DNA from: a virus
Lineage: Duplodnaviria > Caudoviricetes
Strand: one strand, 5' to 3'
Virus record (IMG/VR): IMGVR_UViG_3300043432_000260
Coordinates: 1-46,475 of that record
Length of the DNA: 46,475 nt
The notes beneath the pieces were generated by a model that saw only the letters and a program-made list of their open reading frames with translations, was not told the origin of the DNA and ran no database searches. Position numbers and translations under genes: made by a program. The number at the start of each line of letters is the position of its first letter. Position 1 is the first letter of the stretch. This document shows, piece after piece, positions 35,548-45,643 of this stretch.

Positions 35548-35843
35548 ACTGGCTCGCACGTCTAATGACCCACGTCCGCCGCCCGGAGCCGCTGCTGCCC
35601 CCGGAGTTGAGCTGGCGCGTGGAAATCATCTGCTCGAAGGGCGGCTTCATGGACGTGCTCACGTCCAACTATGCGGGGGTGCAGCCCGATGGCGAGCTCT
35701 ACGTCGCCTGCGCCCAGCTCGCGGTGGAGGCCGCGAAGCGCGCGGGCATCGGGCCCGACGTGCTGCTGGGGGCCCTCGCCCAGAAATACCTGAAGCCCAC
35801 CGTGTCGCACATATCAGGGAAGAAGATCATTGTCGCTCGCTGA
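35544..35843 (+). CDS. Hypothetical protein
   Basis: Coupled ORF in the late operon. Confidence 0.5.
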   Translation: MNWLARLMTHVRRPEPLLPPELSWRVEIICSKGGFMDVLTSNYAGVQPDGELYVACAQLAVEAAKRAGIGPDVLLGALAQKYLKPTVSHISGKKIIVAR

Positions 35844-36519
35844 CATCCAGATCCAGGTGGCCACGTGGATTCAGGACACGGCCAAGAAACTCTCGTCGAC
35901 CGATCGAGATCGCGCGATTGCTGCTGCGGTCGAGACCTACTCGCGCCATCGGCCGCGCGTGAAGATCGCCACACTGACGGGGGATGGGGTCGCCTTCGAC
36001 TTCGCGGTGCCCTCCGATTGGATGAACGGCATCTCGTCGATCATCTCGATCGAGAATCCGGTCGATGAACAAGTGCCGGAGTTCTTGGACGAGAGCGCGT
36101 ACACCGTCCGCCTCGATCCGGCGACGAGCCTCTACAAGATCCGCTTCCTCGCGGAGGTCCTCGACAATGGGGAGAAGGCGTATCTTGCCTATGGGATCGG
36201 GCACGTCTTGACGACGGCGATCGATACGATCCCGCCCGGCGATCGATTGGCGGTCATCAAGCTGGCCGCCGCCGGGTGCGCGACGCAGCTGGCCGCCCTC
36301 TACGCGCAGACGAGTGATCCGACCTTCGGCGCGGATACGGTCAACTACCGGACGAAGAGTCAGGACTATCTCGCGCTCGCGAAGGCGCTCGAGGCAGCCT
36401 ACCGCGCACACGTCGGCGCTCCAACTGGCGTCGCCGCGGCCAGCGTGAGCGGCGATCTGGACGTCGCCCTCCAGGGGACGGCGGGCCCGCCCTTCTTCCA
36501 TGACGACCTCACGCGATGA
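35830..36519 (+). CDS. Head-tail adaptor-like protein
   Basis: Position after the capsid gene; helical/beta composition. Confidence 0.6.
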   Translation: MSLADIQIQVATWIQDTAKKLSSTDRDRAIAAAVETYSRHRPRVKIATLTGDGVAFDFAVPSDWMNGISSIISIENPVDEQVPEFLDESAYTVRLDPATSLYKIRFLAEVLDNGEKAYLAYGIGHVLTTAIDTIPPGDRLAVIKLAAAGCATQLAALYAQTSDPTFGADTVNYRTKSQDYLALAKALEAAYRAHVGAPTGVAAASVSGDLDVALQGTAGPPFFHDDLTR

Positions 36520-37019
36520 TCACCTACCAGATCAACGTCGGCGCGAAGGGCGGGCTCTTGACGGACCCGGCCGTGGGCCAGCGCTTTGATCGCGAGATCA
36601 CGGCGACGCTCGCGGAGTTGGGCGCATTGGGCCAGCGCCTGGTCGTCATGCGGACACCCCACGGGGTGAGCTCGGGCGGCGGCGGCCTCCGGGGCTCGAT
36701 CTTCACCGAGGCGCATGGGGTGCCGCTCGGCCGGGGCCAGCGCATCGCCTCGAGCGTCTACTACGCGCCGATCGTCGAGCGCGGCCGGCGGCCTGGTGGG
36801 CACCATCCGCCTCCCGGGCCGATGCTGCTCTGGGTCGTCCGGAAGCTCGGCCGCACCGGCGCCGACGCCCAGCACGTGGCCTTCCTGATCGGGCGCAAGA
36901 TCGCTCGGCGCGGGACGATCGGCAAGGGGATGTTCGCGCACGCCCTCATCGATCTCCGTCCGCTCGTCCAGTCCCGGTTTCAGGCCCTCGTGAACCGGAT
37001 CGGGGAGATCCTCAAGTGA
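36516..37019 (+). CDS. HK97 gp10-like neck/tail completion protein
   Basis: TP...GLRGSI...YAPIVERG...PP...W. Confidence 0.75.
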   Translation: MITYQINVGAKGGLLTDPAVGQRFDREITATLAELGALGQRLVVMRTPHGVSSGGGGLRGSIFTEAHGVPLGRGQRIASSVYYAPIVERGRRPGGHHPPPGPMLLWVVRKLGRTGADAQHVAFLIGRKIARRGTIGKGMFAHALIDLRPLVQSRFQALVNRIGEILK

Positions 37020-37474
37020 GCCTCGCCGCGATTCGGAGCTCATTGAAGACGACGATCCAGACTGTCCCGAACGTCGGCGTTGTCAACGACTTCGAGCCGG
37101 CCGTCACGCGGGACGAGGATCTCACGACCTACTTCGTCGACCCGGCCCTCGATTACATCCTCGGCTGGAGCATGACCCGGGAAACGACGGCCGAGCGCGA
37201 CGCCTCCTACGCGAGTGACTTCGAGGATCACCTCTTCGTCCTCCGCGCCTACCGCGCGGTCAACAACGCGGCCGAGTCGGAAACGGCGCTTCAGGATCTC
37301 GTTGAACTGGTGCGGACGGCCATCCGCGCAGAGGAAGGACCTTGCTGGAACGGCTCGGTGCAGTTCGTGGGCCATCCGCAGGTCCGAATCTTCGAGGCGC
37401 GCATGTTCGGCGCGGTCCTCGTCCACTACTGCGAAGTCACGGTGCTCGTGACCGAGCACGTCACCGTCCCCTAG
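37016..37474 (+). CDS. Tail terminator-like protein
   Basis: Position before the tail tube; 152 aa, acidic. Confidence 0.55.
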   Translation: MSLAAIRSSLKTTIQTVPNVGVVNDFEPAVTRDEDLTTYFVDPALDYILGWSMTRETTAERDASYASDFEDHLFVLRAYRAVNNAAESETALQDLVELVRTAIRAEEGPCWNGSVQFVGHPQVRIFEARMFGAVLVHYCEVTVLVTEHVTVP

Positions 37475-37492
37475 CGGGACGCGGAGGCAGCC

Positions 37493-38479
37493 ATGGCGAC
37501 CCTGACAGTCCCGCGCAGCCGGCGGATGGTGGTGGCGATGAAGGTGGAGTCGACCTACGGCACCGACGCCTTCGGCGGCTCCTATCTCGCAGCCGACATC
37601 GTGCCCTGCTTCAATATCAGCCCCGCCATCACCCTCGAGGAGATCGAGAATCTCGCGCTCTCCGGGGATATCGGTCGGTTGCCCAGCGGGATCGGCCGCG
37701 AGTTGGCGGCCGTCACCTTCGAGATGTTCATCCGCGGGAAGGGGGCGGCCTACTCGGCCAGCGTCAAGCCGGAGGCAGATTCCGCGCTCCAGGCCTGCGG
37801 GCTCAGTTCCACCTTCAGCGGCGGCGCGGGATCCGAGATCGTGACCGTCGGGCCCGTAGCGACGCCGTCCTCCTACACGATCTACGTCGTCCAGGAAAAC
37901 GGGCCGACGCTCAAGCTCGGGGGCTGCTTCGGCGATGTCGACTTCACCATGCGGGCGGGGGGCATCATCACGGCCCGCTTCGCCTTCCAGGGCATGCTCC
38001 TCGGCGAGTCGAACGTGGCGTTTGTCGCCGGCTCCATCGCCGGGACGCCGCCGTATCCGACCGTCAAGTCGGCCGCCTTCCAGATCGACACGGACAACTA
38101 TGCCCCGCGCATCGGCACGATCGGCTTTCGGATGGGCAACGTGCTCCAGGCCGTGCCCTCGGTCAACGCCGTGGGCGGGGTCGCGGGGTTCTTCATCGCC
38201 GATCGCCGGCCGCTCCTCACGATCGATCCGGAGGCGAATACGATCGCGACCCACGACTGGTTCAGCGATCACAAGGCGGGCACGCTCATGGACGCAGACT
38301 TTCTCATCGGCAGCGTCCAGTACAACAAGCTCCAGTTCAAGTTCAATGCCTCCATCGCGGCCGGGTTGCAGATCGTCCAGCGCTCCTGGGCCTCCCGCGA
38401 TGGACTCACCTCGTTCCCCACGACGCTCCTGGCGACGATCAGTGCCGGTCAGGACGACTTCAGTTTAGTTTTCTCGTAG
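37493..38479 (+). CDS. Major tail tube protein
   Basis: GGAGG RBS; KVESTYGTD N-terminus; beta-rich. Confidence 0.75.
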   Translation: MATLTVPRSRRMVVAMKVESTYGTDAFGGSYLAADIVPCFNISPAITLEEIENLALSGDIGRLPSGIGRELAAVTFEMFIRGKGAAYSASVKPEADSALQACGLSSTFSGGAGSEIVTVGPVATPSSYTIYVVQENGPTLKLGGCFGDVDFTMRAGGIITARFAFQGMLLGESNVAFVAGSIAGTPPYPTVKSAAFQIDTDNYAPRIGTIGFRMGNVLQAVPSVNAVGGVAGFFIADRRPLLTIDPEANTIATHDWFSDHKAGTLMDADFLIGSVQYNKLQFKFNASIAAGLQIVQRSWASRDGLTSFPTTLLATISAGQDDFSLVFS

Positions 38480-38492
38480 AAGGAGAGAGACG

Positions 38493-38957
38493 ATGACGGC
38501 CGACATCGTAGGACAGCCGAATGGCGGGCCGCCAGCCCGTGTGGCAACCATCGCGGAGATCCTCGCCGCGTCGGAAACGCACATCCCGCTGCCCGGGCTC
38601 TCGGCGGCGGTCGGCGAGCCCTGTGGGCTCAAGGTCAGGAAGCTGTCGCGATCGGAGTTCCTGCTGTTCCTCCCGCCCAACCCACCCGGCTCGGAATCCT
38701 GGGATCCGGCCGACTGGACGGCCAAAGAGGCCGCGTGGCTGGAGACGCTGTCCCCCGACGTTATCGACGGTCGTCGACGTACCCTGGCGGATCTCAATGT
38801 GAACGTCGTCGCGCAGGCGGCCTTGGACCCGGCCCTGAGCATCGAGCAAGCCCGGCGGCTGGGCGACGATGCCCTCGTGGCGGCTGCGGAGATCCTGCGC
38901 TTCTCGGGGATCACGGCCGCGAAGCCGACTGAGGAGCCCGCGCCCAGTGTTGCCTGA
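38493..38957 (+). CDS. Tail assembly chaperone
   Basis: Between the tube and tape measure genes; AAGGAG RBS. Confidence 0.55.
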   Translation: MTADIVGQPNGGPPARVATIAEILAASETHIPLPGLSAAVGEPCGLKVRKLSRSEFLLFLPPNPPGSESWDPADWTAKEAAWLETLSPDVIDGRRRTLADLNVNVVAQAALDPALSIEQARRLGDDALVAAAEILRFSGITAAKPTEEPAPSVA

Positions 38958-39570
38958 TTTTCTGCTGCCGCTGACCTTGCCGGCGGGATCAGTCTCGCTC
39001 CTTGCCCGGGACGTGACGGTGGCCGAGTTCTTCCACGGCTTCCCGAACTCCATGCCGACGATGCCGTGCTACGGCAAGGAAACCGCCGAGGGCCAACAGG
39101 CGATCACGGCCGCGCTCGAGGGCTGGGCGGATGCCCTGCTCACGCGCGTGGTGATTGACCCCGTGTTGCCGCTCTGGGTTGTCCAGCGGATGGGCGCGGC
39201 GCGGGATGAAGCGCTGCTGCCCTACTTACGCACCGTGGGCTGGATCACGGGCGGAACCGTGGCCGACCCCGCGCGGGCGTTGACGCCGGCCGCGCCGCCG
39301 ATCGATCTGGAGAACTGGGCCCGCATGGAAGCGGCCTGGATCATCACCTTGCCGCCCTTCACGACGGTGCCCGTCGACAACGTCAAAGCGGCGATCAAGC
39401 TGCTCGCGAGCAAGTGTCGCACCGCCCCGCACGAGGTGTGGACGCGCTGGCGGATCAGCGAGTTTCTGTTCGACTGGCGCGTGCTCCTCCAGGACGATCT
39501 CCTCAAGCGGGGCGACCCGGGCTCCTCTGGCGGTGAGGACTTCTTGCGCCAGGCAGGGATCGAGGAGTAG
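38947..39570 (+). CDS. Second tail assembly chaperone-like protein
   Basis: Own GAGGAG RBS before the GTG; precedes the tape measure gene. Confidence 0.5.
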   Translation: MLPDFLLPLTLPAGSVSLLARDVTVAEFFHGFPNSMPTMPCYGKETAEGQQAITAALEGWADALLTRVVIDPVLPLWVVQRMGAARDEALLPYLRTVGWITGGTVADPARALTPAAPPIDLENWARMEAAWIITLPPFTTVPVDNVKAAIKLLASKCRTAPHEVWTRWRISEFLFDWRVLLQDDLLKRGDPGSSGGEDFLRQAGIEE

Positions 39571-39572
39571 CG

Positions 39573-42416
39573 ATGGCGAACGAAATCAGCATCGACATCC
39601 GCGCGATCAACACGACGGGTCCGGAGTTCGAGAAAATCCGCGCCGCGACCAAGACGATGGGCGAGACCGTGGCCGCGGCCTCGAAGAGCATGGGCGAGGG
39701 CTTCGGCCAGGTCTCCCGGGTTACGCGCGCGCTCGCCGCCGATGTCGGGTCTTCGTTGAACCCCACACTCGGCGCGATGGTCGGCAATCTCGGTCTCGTG
39801 GCCCGCGGGGCGGGCTCGATGGGCGCCGCGCTCGCGGGTGTGACGGCGGTCGCCGTCGTGGGCGCCGTCGCGCTCAAGAGCTATTTCGACTCCGTGCTCA
39901 ACGCAGCTGAGGCGCAAGCGAAGCTCAACATCGCGGTCAAGAGCTTCGACATCGCCTCCACGCAGCAGGCGATGCTGGCCGCGTCGATCGAGCTGGAGGC
40001 CTATGCCGAACGCGCGAAGACGTTCGGCGGCCGGCTCCGGAATGCCTTCGGTGACCTCTCGGATGCGCTCGGCCTCACGCGCTCCGCGATGCAGGATCTC
40101 CAGGCGGCCGCGGAGGCGACGGGGAAAGCGCTCCCGCTGGCGCAGGCGAAGAGCACGACGGAAGCCCTCCTCCAGCAAGCGCAGGCCACGCTCCAGTTGC
40201 GGGGGCTCCAACTCGGCACGGCCGAGGTCCTCAACGATGAGCGGGAATACCTCCGGCTCATCGGCGCGATCAATCAGGAGTTGAGCAACCAGTTCACGCT
40301 CGAAGAGCGGAACCTGCGGCTGAAGGCCCAGGAAGCGATCGGCGCCGCCGAAGCCCGGCATGCGTCGGCGGCTGAGATCGGCATGATCCAGGGCCGCCTA
40401 GATAGAGACATCACGAGCCTCGCCACACGTTCCAGGGCAGCGTTTGAAGGGCTCGAGGAGCAGCAGCGCCGGGTCACGATGGGGCGGTTCGCCGCCGAGC
40501 TCCAGGGGGCCGTCGCGGGGGCCGGCGCACTGGAGCAGGTGACGGCTGGCGTCAGTGCCGAGGACGCGGCGCTCGGCGTCAAGCGCGGCGCGGCCGACGC
40601 CGAGCGGCTCTTGGCCATCGACCAGGCCCGTGTCACCGTCCTGCGCGAGCAGGGCGCGCTCACGGATGCCCAGCGCCTGACCTTCGAGCTCTACGCGATC
40701 GCGGCGGAACGGGACCTCAAGGTCAAGCAGGCCGGCACCGACCTGGACAAGCAGGAGCTCGCGAACCTGGAGGCGAGCGTGCGCACGGCGGACGTGACCC
40801 GCGTGGCCCGCGAGCAGCAGGAGCCGCTCGAGGGCCTGGCGGCGGGCTTCCGCATGGCCGCCGATGAAGCCGAGCGGTCCGGCGCGATCATGATGACCTT
40901 CGCCCAGCAGACGGCCAGCAACATGCAGCGGACCTTCTCCGATCAGTTCTTCAGCGTGATTACGGGCGACTTCAAGAAGCTCCCGGACCTCGGGCGCCAG
41001 TTCGGCCTGGCCATGGTGCGCAGCCTCACCGATGCGTTCGCGACGATGGCGACGGCGCCCCTCCTCCGCTCACTCCAGCAAGGCCTCGGCCTGGGCGGCG
41101 GGCAGGGTTTTGTCCGCGGCCTGGGCGCGCTCGGCGGGGGGATGAGCGCGGGCGGCTTGGTCGAGGTCGGCGGGCAGCTCTTCCAGTCCGTCGCGGCGGG
41201 CGGGGGGCAGACGGTGCTTGTGCCGACAACGATGGGCGTCGGCGGCGGTGCGAGCACGGCGAGCGCACTGGCCAAGGCGGGCGTGGGCGGCGGGGGCACG
41301 GGTGGTGCCGGCGGCTTCTTGAGCCTCTTCAGCGATACCGCCTCGGCCCTCAAGGCCTTTCTCAACACGCCGCTGTCCTCCGTCGCGCCGTCGCTTTTCG
41401 GCGGCAGCGCCACGGTCGCGGCGGGCAGTACCGCCTTCGAGATGGCCTCGCTCGGGGAGGCAGGGGCCAGTATCCAGGCCGCCGCCGCGGGCTCCAGCGC
41501 GACCATCGGTACCGCCCTTGGCGCGGTCGGGGCGATTGCGGCGCTGGCATTCACGGTCTATAGCGGGCTGTCGAATCCCCCGACGGCGCAGAACATCGCG
41601 TCTGGCGCCGTGTCGGGGGCCCTGAGTGGCGCCATGCTCGGCACGATGATCAGCCCGGGCTGGGGTACGGTCATCGGCGCGGTCGCTGGCGCGGCCGTGG
41701 GCGGCGGCGCGGCGGCGATGGGCAAGGAAGACCCCGCCATCAAGAAGCAGCGCCAGCAGGCGGAAGTCAACCGGGCCGTCAGCGCGGCGCAGGGCCTCGG
41801 CGGCGCCGTGCAGGCGACGAACAGCCTCGAAGAGTTGTTCGAGCTGCTCGTCCAGCATGGCTCGGGCTACGTCGGCGGGACGTCTTCGGTCGCGATCGTC
41901 TCCTACGTGTATCCGAGCAATCAGCCGCGCGTGGGGCCCTGGCTGATGATCGGGCACGCGAATCCCTACTACCCCGTCGCGACGGTCGAGGAGTTCGGCA
42001 AGTATGGCGAGAAGAGCTTCACGGCCACCATCCAGGCCGGCGTCAACCCCGCCCACCTGAGCGGGCCGAACGCGGACTTGGAGACGGCCGTCCGCTCGAA
42101 GATCGGGCAGCTGACCCGGGCGCTCGCCCAGATCGAACTCTCGACCTCCGATCTCCTCGCGAGCCCATTCGGCGGCATGGTCCAGCGCACGACGACCTTC
42201 CGGGCGGATCAGGCCGGCGCCTTCGCGGGCCAGCAGCTCCGCGTCGAGGGGGCGTCCCTCAACGGGCTCACGCCCGAGCAGCGGGTGGCCTTCCTGAAGC
42301 AGCTGGCCAAGGACGACATGGACCACAACCTGAACATTCTCTATCGCGACCCGGCGACCGATGAGATCGTGAGCATCTCGTCGACACCCTGGTCGGGCGA
42401 CGTCGTGCGGGCCTGA
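39573..42416 (+). CDS. Tape measure protein
   Basis: 947 aa, Ala/Gly-rich helical; ISIDIRAIN N-terminus. Confidence 0.9.
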   Translation: MANEISIDIRAINTTGPEFEKIRAATKTMGETVAAASKSMGEGFGQVSRVTRALAADVGSSLNPTLGAMVGNLGLVARGAGSMGAALAGVTAVAVVGAVALKSYFDSVLNAAEAQAKLNIAVKSFDIASTQQAMLAASIELEAYAERAKTFGGRLRNAFGDLSDALGLTRSAMQDLQAAAEATGKALPLAQAKSTTEALLQQAQATLQLRGLQLGTAEVLNDEREYLRLIGAINQELSNQFTLEERNLRLKAQEAIGAAEARHASAAEIGMIQGRLDRDITSLATRSRAAFEGLEEQQRRVTMGRFAAELQGAVAGAGALEQVTAGVSAEDAALGVKRGAADAERLLAIDQARVTVLREQGALTDAQRLTFELYAIAAERDLKVKQAGTDLDKQELANLEASVRTADVTRVAREQQEPLEGLAAGFRMAADEAERSGAIMMTFAQQTASNMQRTFSDQFFSVITGDFKKLPDLGRQFGLAMVRSLTDAFATMATAPLLRSLQQGLGLGGGQGFVRGLGALGGGMSAGGLVEVGGQLFQSVAAGGGQTVLVPTTMGVGGGASTASALAKAGVGGGGTGGAGGFLSLFSDTASALKAFLNTPLSSVAPSLFGGSATVAAGSTAFEMASLGEAGASIQAAAAGSSATIGTALGAVGAIAALAFTVYSGLSNPPTAQNIASGAVSGALSGAMLGTMISPGWGTVIGAVAGAAVGGGAAAMGKEDPAIKKQRQQAEVNRAVSAAQGLGGAVQATNSLEELFELLVQHGSGYVGGTSSVAIVSYVYPSNQPRVGPWLMIGHANPYYPVATVEEFGKYGEKSFTATIQAGVNPAHLSGPNADLETAVRSKIGQLTRALAQIELSTSDLLASPFGGMVQRTTTFRADQAGAFAGQQLRVEGASLNGLTPEQRVAFLKQLAKDDMDHNLNILYRDPATDEIVSISSTPWSGDVVRA

Positions 42417-42417
42417 G

Positions 42418-42993
42418 ATGACGATCGCCACCGCTTTTTATCCCAGCCTGAGCTATGGCAGCGGGCCGACGCTCATCAATTTCGGCGCGAGCGATGTGCG
42501 CGAAGTGGCGTCCCTGATCGAGATCAATGAAGCCGCGATCCGGAAGCAGAATGTGGCCGAGGACGGCACGACAGAGACGCTCTTCCTCCGGTTCGAAACC
42601 CAAGTGCGCCTGTCCTTTCAGTTCCTCACGAAGGCGACGATCGACGCCATCCGGACATGGTGGCGCACCCATGCGGCACTCGGGCAGGCCTCGGGACTCA
42701 CGCTCGATCGTCTCAACACCGCAGCGGGTCAACTTGAATACGACACGTACAACACGTTGTTTACCACCGCCGAGTTGGTTGATGTGCAATGGCAGCCGCG
42801 GCGGACGACGCCGCGCGGTCTCCAGTACGCACTCTCGTTGACGTTCCGGCAGGGGACGCCGCCGGCGTTCAAAGTGCGAGTCGGAAGCCTCTGGCTGACG
42901 GGCTATGCCCCAACCGTTCGCGTCGATCAGTATCTGACGCCGGCGAGTGGTGGACTCACGCTGACTGGGCTTCAGCCGACACGGACGCCATGA
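42418..42993 (+). CDS. Distal-tail-like protein with two C-terminal fibre-type repeats
   Basis: Follows the tape measure gene; YALSLTFRQ core end, then VGSLWLTGYAP and TPASGGLTLTGLQP. Confidence 0.6.
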   Translation: MTIATAFYPSLSYGSGPTLINFGASDVREVASLIEINEAAIRKQNVAEDGTTETLFLRFETQVRLSFQFLTKATIDAIRTWWRTHAALGQASGLTLDRLNTAAGQLEYDTYNTLFTTAELVDVQWQPRRTTPRGLQYALSLTFRQGTPPAFKVRVGSLWLTGYAPTVRVDQYLTPASGGLTLTGLQPTRTP

Positions 42994-45278
42994 AGACGGC
43001 CAGTCTGCCCTATCTCGTGCAACAGAATCAGCTCCAAACGCAGCCGCGATTCTTCGCGCGCTTTTACGCGATCCCCTCGTTTGCCTCAGCGACCGATTAT
43101 GCCTTCTCGCGCGATTTCTCGACCGGCGAGGTCGTCGCGCCGACAAAGACAAAAGTGACCTGTCTCATGAAGATCTCAGGCGTCGGCCAATCTATCAGCC
43201 CCGAACTCGGACAATCGACGATCGGCCAGTTCACCCTGACCTTCCAGGACCGGGATGGCGAGATCCAACGGCACATGGGCCAGCCGGTGCTGCACTTGGC
43301 CGCCGCCATGACCGCCTTCGATCCTCCGTCCGGTGGATACCTGACCCTCATCGAGGATGGCTCCGGCTTCCCGACGTCAGGGACCGTCGAGGTCTTTACG
43401 GGCGGTGTCGCCGAGCGGATTCGGTACGCCTCGTATGATGCCGCCACCCGGCGTCTGCTCGACATCGTCCGCGGGGCCGATGGGACCACGGCGGCGGCGC
43501 ATGCGCTCGGCGATCTGGTGCAGAACGGTGAACAGATTCGTCCGGGGACCCGTGTGCAGCTCTATGCCGGGTATGCCGGGCTCTCCGAGGCGTCGTACAT
43601 GCCCTATGTGCGAATGCTCGTGACCTCGCGGGAGGTGGCGTCGGACGGGATCACGGTCATCATCCATGTCGCCGATATGCAGCGGACCACGCGCCAGACA
43701 ATTTTTCTCCAGGCCAGTCAGGATACGCCGACGCTCGTCACGGGCAATCCCCTGACGATCGCGCTCCGGGTGCTTCTCTCGACCGGCTTGGGGACCAACG
43801 GAGCCTACGATGTCCTGCCGGCCGCCGACGGCCTCAAGGTCCCGGAGGCATTTGTCGATGTGGCAGGGATCGAGACACTCCGGGCGCTGGAGTTTCCCAC
43901 CGACGTCTATGATTACTCCATCGTGTCCCCGCAAGAAGGCAAGAAGTTCCTGGAGAAGGACATCTTCCAGTCGCTGAACTGCTACCCCTTCGTGACGCAA
44001 GATGGCAAGCTCACGCTCAAACGATACAAGCCCTTCGTCCCGCCCGGGACCATCGCCGCACTGCTCACGCAGCAGGACATTATCAGTTGGGGATGGAACG
44101 CCGGAGACGGCAACATCATCAACATCATCCAGTTCGAGTACGAGTTCAATCAGAGTACCGGGGCGCCGGGCCAGTACGGGCTGCGGCAGGTCTACACGAA
44201 GACGGCGTCTTTCGATCGCTACGGCGCCAAACCGCGCCTCTTGATGCAGTCCATGGGTATTCAAAAGAGCGAGGGCGGACAGGCGATCCTCGATGACCGC
44301 GCGTTCGAGGTCTTCCGTCGATTCTCGGAGCCGCCGGCGCAGCTGACCATCCAATGTTTCTACCGGAATCATCTGCTCGAACCGGGCGATCTGGTGCAGA
44401 TCACGCACCCGAACATCCTCAACATCACGACGGGCCTCCGTGGACTCGAGGATGAGGTCTTCGAGGTCGTCAACATGCAACCCGGCTTCGACGTCGGATT
44501 CGTCACGCTCCAGCTGCTCTGGGTCGCCTCGATCGCGCCCATCACGGCGCCGACGTCGGGCGGGGAGATCCCCCTGGTCCCGCCCTTCGGCCCCGGGAAC
44601 TTCCCCGAGACGGATGTCATCGGCTGGTGGGAGGATTTTTTCACGGCGCTGGTTGATCCGGCCCCGGTGGGCGGCAAGATCCTCGTGACGGGATGCTGGC
44701 AGGCGACGGACTCCTTCACTCTCTCCATGAAGACCATCGGCACGGCCATCATGGTGGGCCGCGGGACGAGTTTCGGGCTCATGCAACTGGCCAAGGACAC
44801 CGGCGCCCTTGGCCGAGGCATCTGGATCGCCGCGAGCAATCAGGCGGTCTGGGTGCGCTGGGCGCAATACGGTGCCGGCGCGGGGATCCGCTTTATTGGA
44901 TTGAGCGGCAATGTTGATGTCGGCAATGCCTTCGGCGCTTCGGACCCCTATGATGGGGTCTATTTTCGCCACACGGCCGGAGGGTTCATCGAGTGCGTCT
45001 GTTGCAAGCTGACGAACCCGAGCGATGCGGGCTCGCGGGTCGAGACCGTGATCACGACGACGATCGCCGCGGCGGATGGTGTGTTCCATGTCGGCAAGGC
45101 CCGCAGCAGCGGCAATGGGGCCTCCATCGAGTTCTTCCTCGATGGGGTGAGCGTCGGTGTCATCACGACCTCGATCCCGACGGTGAATCTGGGCCCTGGC
45201 TGTAGTGGCAGTGCGTGGTCCGGCAGCACGGGCGCCGAAGTCGACTATTTCGGTGTCTCGGTGCCGCGTGGAGCCTAA
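42990..45278 (+). CDS. Tail tip/hub protein with a C-terminal receptor-binding-like domain
   Basis: RGADGTTAAAH, SFDRYG, LEPGDLVQITHP hub motifs. Confidence 0.75.
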   Translation: MKTASLPYLVQQNQLQTQPRFFARFYAIPSFASATDYAFSRDFSTGEVVAPTKTKVTCLMKISGVGQSISPELGQSTIGQFTLTFQDRDGEIQRHMGQPVLHLAAAMTAFDPPSGGYLTLIEDGSGFPTSGTVEVFTGGVAERIRYASYDAATRRLLDIVRGADGTTAAAHALGDLVQNGEQIRPGTRVQLYAGYAGLSEASYMPYVRMLVTSREVASDGITVIIHVADMQRTTRQTIFLQASQDTPTLVTGNPLTIALRVLLSTGLGTNGAYDVLPAADGLKVPEAFVDVAGIETLRALEFPTDVYDYSIVSPQEGKKFLEKDIFQSLNCYPFVTQDGKLTLKRYKPFVPPGTIAALLTQQDIISWGWNAGDGNIINIIQFEYEFNQSTGAPGQYGLRQVYTKTASFDRYGAKPRLLMQSMGIQKSEGGQAILDDRAFEVFRRFSEPPAQLTIQCFYRNHLLEPGDLVQITHPNILNITTGLRGLEDEVFEVVNMQPGFDVGFVTLQLLWVASIAPITAPTSGGEIPLVPPFGPGNFPETDVIGWWEDFFTALVDPAPVGGKILVTGCWQATDSFTLSMKTIGTAIMVGRGTSFGLMQLAKDTGALGRGIWIAASNQAVWVRWAQYGAGAGIRFIGLSGNVDVGNAFGASDPYDGVYFRHTAGGFIECVCCKLTNPSDAGSRVETVITTTIAAADGVFHVGKARSSGNGASIEFFLDGVSVGVITTSIPTVNLGPGCSGSAWSGSTGAEVDYFGVSVPRGA

Positions 45279-45332
45279 CCGGCCAATGACCACCATCGAG
45301 CAACTCACGCGGACTGAGGGCGAGCGCCGGCG

Positions 45333-45641
45333 ATGATCGGGAGCTTCTTCAAGCAGCCGTTCGAGCAGTTCCCGGTGGCGATCGACTTTGCGCCGGCCCT
45401 GCCGACGGGCACGACGGTGAGTTCCTGCGTCTGTGCCGTGCAGGATCTGGAGGACGGGACGGATCAGACGGCGGCCATCCTCGTGAGTCCAACTGCCACC
45501 ATCTCAGGCGCAATCGCCAGCGTGACGATCAAGGCCGGGACGGCGGGCCATCTCTACAATCTGCGGTTCCGGGCGACGCTCAATACGGGCTCAATCCTCG
45601 AGGAAGACGCGACGCTGTCCTGTCAACAGGACGGGCATTAG
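45333..45641 (+). CDS. Small Ig-like fibre-tail adaptor-type protein
   Basis: FKQPFEQFPVAIDF...GTAGHLYNLRFRATLNTG pattern. Confidence 0.55.
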   Translation: MIGSFFKQPFEQFPVAIDFAPALPTGTTVSSCVCAVQDLEDGTDQTAAILVSPTATISGAIASVTIKAGTAGHLYNLRFRATLNTGSILEEDATLSCQQDGH

Positions 45642-45643
45642 CC

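Noticed and set aside
38880-38960. Programmed -1 frameshift between tail chaperones
   Set aside because: There is no XXXYYYZ slippery heptamer; the second ORF is in the +1 frame and has its own SD and GTG.
7990-45308. Long minus-strand ORFs (e.g. 7990-9657, 29049-30614, 33107-34660, 43377-45308)
   Set aside because: They are antisense shadows of GC-rich plus-strand genes, with no motifs.
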